From a virus (lineage: Duplodnaviria; Caudoviricetes), in IMG/VR virus record IMGVR_UViG_3300043395_000491, positions 1 through 30,749 of that record: a DNA stretch of 30,749 bases; one strand, given 5' to 3'. Each line of letters starts with the position of its first letter. Positions within the stretch are counted from its first letter, which is position 1. This document shows positions 25,793-30,749 of this stretch, piece after piece. Under the pieces are notes generated by a model. The model did not search any database, had not been told where the DNA came from, and saw nothing but the letters and a program-made list of their open reading frames with translations. The translations under genes were made by a program, and so were the position numbers.

Positions 25793-26461
25793 ATGCGACT
25801 ACGTGCGGATCATACTGCATTGTCTCAAGCCATTACGATACACAAGAAAACCGTACGTATGGTGTCCGACTATGAGCATAGGTTACTTAAGCCAGTATCC
25901 TACAATGATAAGCTTGGCAATGGTAGCAAAACCATTACCAAAGGCGCATGGAAGGGTTTTCCGGTGTATTCCCTTACACTCGAAGAAAGGTCCACATGTT
26001 CGCGCACTTGCCAGCAATGGGCTAACTGCTTTGGTAATAACATGGCATTTGCGCATCGTATCAAGCCGGATGATCCCGAGCTACTCATGCTTAGATTGTC
26101 CGATGAGCTTTTGCACTTGTCTACTGTACACCCTGAAGGCTTTGTTGTACGCTTGCACATTCTAGGCGACTTCTTCAGTGCAGCATATGCTCAGTATTGG
26201 GTTGACGCATTGCTAGAATACCCTGCACTTAGAATCTTCGGTTATACCCATAGGTCCGAGCAAGACATTATGGATGTTATCCGCTCAGGTTTACAGAATA
26301 GCAGGGCATGGATTAGATTCAGTGACAAAGGCGGTATCATGTCTGCTAACGTTAACGGCGAAGGCATCCAGTGCCCTGAACAAACTGGCAAAACACAATC
26401 TTGCATGACATGTGCGCTTTGCTGGTCCACTACCAAACCCATTGCATTCAAGGAACATTAA
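25793..26461 (+). CDS. GP88-like Cys-rich protein, 222 aa
   Basis: GGAGGT SD; NDKLG, SLTLEERSTCSRTC..C, VRLHILGDF, YTH, CPEQ..CxxCxxC. Confidence 0.7.
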   Translation: MRLRADHTALSQAITIHKKTVRMVSDYEHRLLKPVSYNDKLGNGSKTITKGAWKGFPVYSLTLEERSTCSRTCQQWANCFGNNMAFAHRIKPDDPELLMLRLSDELLHLSTVHPEGFVVRLHILGDFFSAAYAQYWVDALLEYPALRIFGYTHRSEQDIMDVIRSGLQNSRAWIRFSDKGGIMSANVNGEGIQCPEQTGKTQSCMTCALCWSTTKPIAFKEH

Positions 26462-26462
26462 C

Positions 26463-26783
26463 ATGGCCTATACCCTTAAAAAGCCTATCAATGGTTTAAC
26501 CTTTGAGGATATCAAGCGTATATATGATAATAACCCTAACATGACGTTAAAAGAGCTTTCAAACTTAACTGGTTTAGCTATACCTTTCCTTAAGAAAATT
26601 TTGATGGGTAATCTAATGGAAAACTTTAAGATTGTCGGTTATCTGGTAACGTACAAACTATTTTATGATGGTTTAACTCATATGGATAGGTTCAATACAC
26701 TATTCGATGCTGAAGAATGGGCAGACCGTAGTGAGCTTGCAGAGTACGTTATCAACCCCATTGTTGACCTATCAGGGGATTAA
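26463..26783 (+). CDS. Small HTH-like protein, possibly a fusion of two ORFs, 106 aa
   Basis: AAGGA SD then ATG 26463; MTLKELSNLTG HTH-like; internal ATG at 26616. Confidence 0.7.
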   Translation: MAYTLKKPINGLTFEDIKRIYDNNPNMTLKELSNLTGLAIPFLKKILMGNLMENFKIVGYLVTYKLFYDGLTHMDRFNTLFDAEEWADRSELAEYVINPIVDLSGD

Positions 26784-26864
26784 ATGAAAGATGCCTTGAT
26801 AGCTGTATCAATCATTGCCGTAAACGTTTTTGTTTTATGCTTACTTGTAAAGCTTTCATCATGA
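26784..26864 (+). CDS. Single-TM micropeptide, 26 aa (not in ORF track)
   Basis: AGGGGA SD; MKDALIAVSIIAVNVFVLCLLVKLSS*; starts immediately after the upstream stop. Confidence 0.6.
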   Translation: MKDALIAVSIIAVNVFVLCLLVKLSS

Positions 26865-26947
26865 ACAAATCTAGTGACTTTGTGTTGTATCTTGGTGGTG
26901 GTGTTTTTGGTGTATTGTTCGCTGTACTTATCTTTTTAGGGGTTTAA
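26861..26947 (+). CDS. Single-TM micropeptide, 28 aa (not in ORF track)
   Basis: ATGA overlap; MNKSSDFVLYLGGGVFGVLFAVLIFLGV*; ends 1 nt before the next ATG. Confidence 0.6.
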   Translation: MNKSSDFVLYLGGGVFGVLFAVLIFLGV

Positions 26948-26948
26948 C

Positions 26949-27224
26949 ATGTATTGGTGCGATTCTTACGGACTCATTGAGCTTAACATCACTAAAAAAC
27001 AAGCTCATATAGGCTACCATCAAGGACAATGTGATAATGACATTAAAGATCTTAGGGATGTTCCTACTATAAAAAGACAATTGAATAAGCTTAAACCTGA
27101 CGTTGTGGTCCATGTCTTAAAAGATTATGGCGCATGGGATGACAATGACTTATCCGATCATGATGATAACCTTGATCGCCTATTGTGGATTGCTTGCGGT
27201 GATATTGTAGAAAACAACGTTTAG
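26949..27224 (+). CDS. Hypothetical early protein, 91 aa
   Basis: AGGGG SD; HQGQCDNDI, LKDYGAWD, RLLWIACGDI. Confidence 0.75.
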   Translation: MYWCDSYGLIELNITKKQAHIGYHQGQCDNDIKDLRDVPTIKRQLNKLKPDVVVHVLKDYGAWDDNDLSDHDDNLDRLLWIACGDIVENNV

Positions 27225-27237
27225 GAAAGACTAAAAC

Positions 27238-27450
27238 ATGATTCAACTATACTTCAATGGTAAACCCTGCGAGATAGTCAGTAGGGACTCTACAGACGGT
27301 ACTGTCTGTATACGATATGCTGCTGACCATCCTAATTGGCCTTTTCCGAATTATACTTGGGTTAATCCCAGCGTATTGTCTAAGCTTAGGCAGTCTAAAC
27401 ACGCTAAGCGATTAGAGGCTCTACAAGGCGTTGAAGATGCTCTTATGTAG
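27238..27450 (+). CDS. Hypothetical early protein, 70 aa
   Basis: AGGA SD; tight packing with neighbours. Confidence 0.7.
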   Translation: MIQLYFNGKPCEIVSRDSTDGTVCIRYAADHPNWPFPNYTWVNPSVLSKLRQSKHAKRLEALQGVEDALM

Positions 27451-27516
27451 GTAGGTGCCACCCTAGCCTAGATAATCGCTTCTAGGCCCGTTTTAATCGA
27501 TTCTAGAGGGTATTCT

Positions 27517-27690
27517 ATGACTAAAGAGATGTTGGATGAATTGCTGTACCTGATTGAACTGCAAATCAAGGCTAATCTTGCCTTAGCGTTAGGTCATGCT
27601 GATGCTGCGGACAAAGAAGCAGAAAGGGAGCATGTTCAGTATTACAGACTTGTTTCGTTGATTGACTCTATGAAAGATGATCTTAAATAG
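27517..27690 (+). CDS. Hypothetical helical protein, 57 aa (not in ORF track)
   Basis: GAGG SD; MTKEMLDELLYLIELQIKANLALALGHADAADKEAEREHVQYYRLVSLIDSMKDDLK*. Confidence 0.7.
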   Translation: MTKEMLDELLYLIELQIKANLALALGHADAADKEAEREHVQYYRLVSLIDSMKDDLK

Positions 27691-27707
27691 AAAGGTAGGG
27701 ACGGAAG

Positions 27708-27905
27708 ATTAGATGTTTATCATGCAATGAAGCCTTAAGTGACTATGAAGCCTCTAGGCGTAGTGTTCGGACACACCAGTACATTGACTTATGCAATGAT
27801 TGTTTTCGTTATGTCCGTGATGAAATAGCTGCAGTTGGCAATGTGCGATTGATCAATGAGGGTGATGATGACATTGTAAGCAAACGTAACATTGATGAAG
27901 AATGA
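27708..27905 (+). CDS. C4 zinc-finger protein, 65 aa, apparent ATT start (not in ORF track)
   Basis: (I/M)RCLSCNEALSDYEASRRSVRTHQYIDLCNDCFRYVRDEI..EE*; in-frame TAG at 27696 and no ATG/GTG/TTG before the first CxxC. Confidence 0.65.
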   Translation: MRCLSCNEALSDYEASRRSVRTHQYIDLCNDCFRYVRDEIAAVGNVRLINEGDDDIVSKRNIDEE

Positions 27906-27906
27906 C

Positions 27907-27935
27907 TTGACAACTTTGTTTTTCTCTGATACCCT
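27907..27935 (+). promoter_or_regulatory. Putative sigma70 promoter upstream of the replication genes
   Basis: TTGACA-17 nt-TACCCT with TGn. Confidence 0.55.
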
Positions 27936-27944
27936 AAATCTATA

Positions 27945-28041
27945 TAGGCTATGTAGGCTACTTAGGCTACTTAGGCTATGTACTAAGTATATACTATGTA
28001 TAATATTTAATATATACTTAGTACTTAGCCTATTTAGCCTA
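27945..28041. repeat. Iteron-like repeats plus long inverted repeat; candidate replication origin
   Basis: TAGGCTA x4 at 9-bp period, inverted TAGCCTA x2; arms 27963-27993 and 28011-28041 match 28/31 around an AT-rich spacer. Confidence 0.75.
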
Positions 28042-28075
28042 TGTACAGTAGGGCTTAACATAAGGATTGTTCGAA

Positions 28076-28267
28076 ATGTACCCTGACGATGAATTTTTAC
28101 CTGAAGAAGCCTTTGATTACACTAAAGGTGAGTATGATGATATGCACGAAGATCACAACATCAATGATGTGTTAAATCGTTTTGTTCGCTTATGTCAAGA
28201 GTATGGGTTTTACTTTATGATGAGACAACTTACTAAGGCTCTGAACGCTAAAGGGTTCAACGTATGA
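28076..28267 (+). CDS. Small acidic protein, 63 aa
   Basis: AAGGA SD then ATG 28076; D/E-rich N-half. Confidence 0.7.
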   Translation: MYPDDEFLPEEAFDYTKGEYDDMHEDHNINDVLNRFVRLCQEYGFYFMMRQLTKALNAKGFNV

Positions 28268-28545
28268 GAAAGCGTATACAGCCACGCAAGCGTAAGGTTA
28301 ACCCCTACGTAGCCTACCTAGAGAATCATGGCCGCCATGCTACCTTAGAAGACCTCCTAGAGGCATTCCCTAACAAGACCTCTAAGCAGATCAGAGACTC
28401 TATGTCTAAGTTAGTTGATAACTACACTGTTGATAGGGATATTAGGAAGGATGATCATCAATACTTGATATCGTACTCACTAGGCGGATACAACACCAGG
28501 GACAACACTGGTATCTGTTGGCATAACCCTTTTAATCTGAGGTAA
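28264..28545 (+). CDS. Putative winged-helix DNA-binding protein, 93 aa
   Basis: ATGA overlap; ATLEDLLEAFP..KQIRDSMSKLV helix pattern followed by a beta hairpin. Confidence 0.6.
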   Translation: MRKRIQPRKRKVNPYVAYLENHGRHATLEDLLEAFPNKTSKQIRDSMSKLVDNYTVDRDIRKDDHQYLISYSLGGYNTRDNTGICWHNPFNLR

Positions 28546-28547
28546 GC

Positions 28548-28757
28548 ATGACTGAGAACAAAAACGCAAAGACACCAACGGATGGTGGGGCAGCGTTCCC
28601 CCTTGCACATTCGTACCTAATCCAATCAGGCATGTCCCTGCGTGATTACTTTGCAGGGAAGGCGATGCAAGCACTGGCGCAGGGGAATTATTTTGATGCA
28701 ACCGCGAGGCAGGCTTACATGATTGCAGACGCCATGTTGAGGGAGAGGGAGAAATGA
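28548..28757 (+). CDS. Conserved phage hypothetical protein, 69 aa
   Basis: GGAAFP..GMSLRDYFAGKAMQAL..AYMIADAML motif common in proteobacterial phages. Confidence 0.85.
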   Translation: MTENKNAKTPTDGGAAFPLAHSYLIQSGMSLRDYFAGKAMQALAQGNYFDATARQAYMIADAMLREREK

Positions 28758-28993
28758 GCAGAGAAGCTATGCAGATTGCTTTAGATGCGTTGGAAGCTAA
28801 TTTAGGCAATTGGGCGGCAAAAACAAAAGCCGTTGAGGTATTGCGCCAAGCACTGGAAACAGAGAAACAGTGGGTTGGGCTAACCGATAAAGATATTGAT
28901 GATTGTTATTTTGCAGCAAGAACGCCAGATTTTGATCTATGGGCTTTTGCTGCTGAAATCGACGATCTATTAAGGGAGAAGAACAAGTGGTAG
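28754..28993 (+). CDS. Conserved phage hypothetical protein, 79 aa
   Basis: MSREAMQIALDALE..WVGLTD..LREKN modular family. Confidence 0.8.
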   Translation: MSREAMQIALDALEANLGNWAAKTKAVEVLRQALETEKQWVGLTDKDIDDCYFAARTPDFDLWAFAAEIDDLLREKNKW

Positions 28994-29036
28994 ATATCGT
29001 AGTAGGACTACGACTCAAGCTAAAGGAGAAGAATCA

Positions 29037-30644
29037 GTGAACTATTTAGCCACGCATGTTGGCTGCGATGATTGTGGATCTAGTGATGCGTTGTCCGTAT
29101 CTGTTAATGATAAAGGAGAGACTTGGTCACATTGTTTTGCTTGTGGTACGAACACTAAAATGTCTGAACATGATGATAACTTCAGACAAAAGCATACAAA
29201 GTCTGCTAAGGTGATTCCAATGTTAGATGGTAAGTATCAGTCTATACCGCTAAGAAACTTATCCAGAGATGCCTTAAAAGCCTTTGGTGTGATGATCACT
29301 GATGAGGGTGGTGTAGCTTTTCCCTACTGCGATGCTGATGGTAAGGTCACTGCATACAAGGTAAGACATGATGCAATGAAGACTGATTGCACTATCAAAG
29401 GTGATTGGTCTAAGGCTACTTTGTTCGGACAGCATTTATTCCCTAAAGGAGGTAAGAGCATTACCATCACTGAAGGTGAGTTTGATGCTGTTGCTGTTTA
29501 TCAAATGAATGGTATGCGGTATCCAGTAGTAAGCATACGCAATGGAGCACAATCAGCAATTAAGGACTGTAAGGACAACTATGAATATCTTGACTCTTTT
29601 GAAACCATTGTTATCAGCTTTGATGCTGATGAAGTTGGTAAGCAAGCTGCTACGAAGGTAGCTGATCTGTTCGGTGCTAAGGCTAAGATAGTAAAGCACA
29701 GACAACCACACAAGGATGCTAACGATTATCTCAAAGATGAGATGATCAAGGAGTACATCCAGGACTGGTTCGCTGCTGAAGTCTATGTACCTGATGGGAT
29801 CATCGAAGGATCAAAGCTTTGGGAAGAGATCAACACACCAGCCATTAAAGCCTCTTGTGACTATCCCTGGCAAGGCCTTAATGCTTTGACCTACGGCATC
29901 CGTAAAGGTGAGCTGGTGACGTTTACAGCAGGTTCTGGACTGGGTAAATCACAGGTGCTTAGGGAGATCGTATACCATATCTTATGTAAGACTGATGACA
30001 ACATAGGATTAATGTTCTTGGAGGAGTCTACTGTTCGCACTGCCAAAGGTATCATGTCTATCCATGCGAACAAACCACTACATCTACCTGACACAGCGTA
30101 CACTGATGAGGAGTTTAGAGATGCCTTCGAGCACACTCTTGGCACTAATAGGGTTTATCTTTTTGATCATTTTGGGAGTACATCAATTGACAACATACTA
30201 TCAAGAGTCAGATTCATGGCTAAAGGACTCGGATGTAGCTTTGTTGTGTTGGATCATATTAGTATTGTCGTCAGTTCTGGCGATGTTGGCGATGAACGTA
30301 AAGCATTAGATGAGATCATGACCAAGCTTAGGATGATTGTGCAGGAGACAGGCATAGCACTGTTGATTGTCAGCCATCTTAAGAGACCAGATGGTAAAGG
30401 CCATGAAGAAGGTGCGGCTACTTCACTAGGTCAGCTTAGAGGATCTGGTAGCATTGCACAGTTGTCTGATATGGTGATCGGTATGGAAAGGAATGCACAG
30501 CATGATGATGAACGTGAACGCAATACCACCAGGATTAGGGTACTCAAGAACCGTTTCAGCGGTGTCACAGGTCCAGCCTGTAACGTCTATTACAGCCACT
30601 CAACAGGAAGGTTATCAGAGGTCATACAAGATGAAGACTTATGA
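29037..30644 (+). CDS. DNA primase-helicase (T7 gp4-like)
   Basis: Zn-binding CDDC..CFAC, TOPRIM (ITEGEFDA, FDADEVG, KDAND), SF4 helicase Walker A AGSGLGKS, LDHIS, VSHLKR, LRGSGSIAQLSD, KNRFSG; AAGGAG SD with GTG start. Confidence 0.97.
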   Translation: MNYLATHVGCDDCGSSDALSVSVNDKGETWSHCFACGTNTKMSEHDDNFRQKHTKSAKVIPMLDGKYQSIPLRNLSRDALKAFGVMITDEGGVAFPYCDADGKVTAYKVRHDAMKTDCTIKGDWSKATLFGQHLFPKGGKSITITEGEFDAVAVYQMNGMRYPVVSIRNGAQSAIKDCKDNYEYLDSFETIVISFDADEVGKQAATKVADLFGAKAKIVKHRQPHKDANDYLKDEMIKEYIQDWFAAEVYVPDGIIEGSKLWEEINTPAIKASCDYPWQGLNALTYGIRKGELVTFTAGSGLGKSQVLREIVYHILCKTDDNIGLMFLEESTVRTAKGIMSIHANKPLHLPDTAYTDEEFRDAFEHTLGTNRVYLFDHFGSTSIDNILSRVRFMAKGLGCSFVVLDHISIVVSSGDVGDERKALDEIMTKLRMIVQETGIALLIVSHLKRPDGKGHEEGAATSLGQLRGSGSIAQLSDMVIGMERNAQHDDERERNTTRIRVLKNRFSGVTGPACNVYYSHSTGRLSEVIQDEDL

Positions 30645-30749
30645 AGATTTGAAAGAAGATACGAAACGATTTGCTTTACAGCAGATACGTACAGGGTCTA
30701 CAATGGGTGAAGTAGTTTGTTCGTTTGAAGAGATCATCAATGAGATCAG
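30631..30749 (+). CDS. Hypothetical protein, 3' truncated by the window edge
   Basis: GAGG SD; MKTYEDLKEDTKRFALQQIRTGSTMGEVV.. open to the end of the window. Confidence 0.6.
   Translation, partial: MKTYEDLKEDTKRFALQQIRTGSTMGEVVCSFEEIINEI

Noticed and set aside
27789-28086. Track ORFs 27892-28086 (+) and 27789-28061 (-) with RLLRLL/SLSSL repeats
   Set aside because: Translations of the 9-bp non-coding repeat array, with no SD

Overview
About 31 kb of a lytic, podovirus-like dsDNA tailed phage with a two-arm layout reminiscent of SIO1/cobavirus-type phages. The contig appears circularly permuted. The host is probably a freshwater Proteobacterium, but that is inference only. The minus strand (24819 to 680) carries the morphogenesis arm: TerS, TerL, portal, a collagen/fibre/LamG appendage module, head genes (Zn-ribbon, scaffold, major capsid), a tail fibre with chaperone, four Lys-rich microproteins, tail adaptor and nozzle, five internal/ejection proteins, holin and GH24 endolysin. 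The plus strand carries the early/replication arm from 25508 (small early genes, a GP88-like Cys-rich enzyme, a candidate origin, T7 gp4-like primase-helicase) and the 3' end of a class II ribonucleotide reductase at the left edge. An HTH plus His-Me-finger endonuclease gene sits antisense inside the structural arm. The most striking observation is that three consecutive, overlapping ejection-protein genes (395, 200 and 659 aa) contain only four cysteines in 1254 residues, all at the two gene junctions, suggesting a split protein re-joined head-to-tail by disulfide or metal staples. Other points of note: a duplicated late-promoter module (one copy leaderless), a 21-bp phased repeat array and IHF-like sites at the probable genome terminus, an ATT-initiated zinc-finger gene, an SD-sequestering hairpin before the scaffold gene, and about ten small genes missed by the ORF track. 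No tRNA, rRNA, CRISPR array, integrase or RNA polymerase was seen. All family assignments are from motif recognition and synteny, not database searches.
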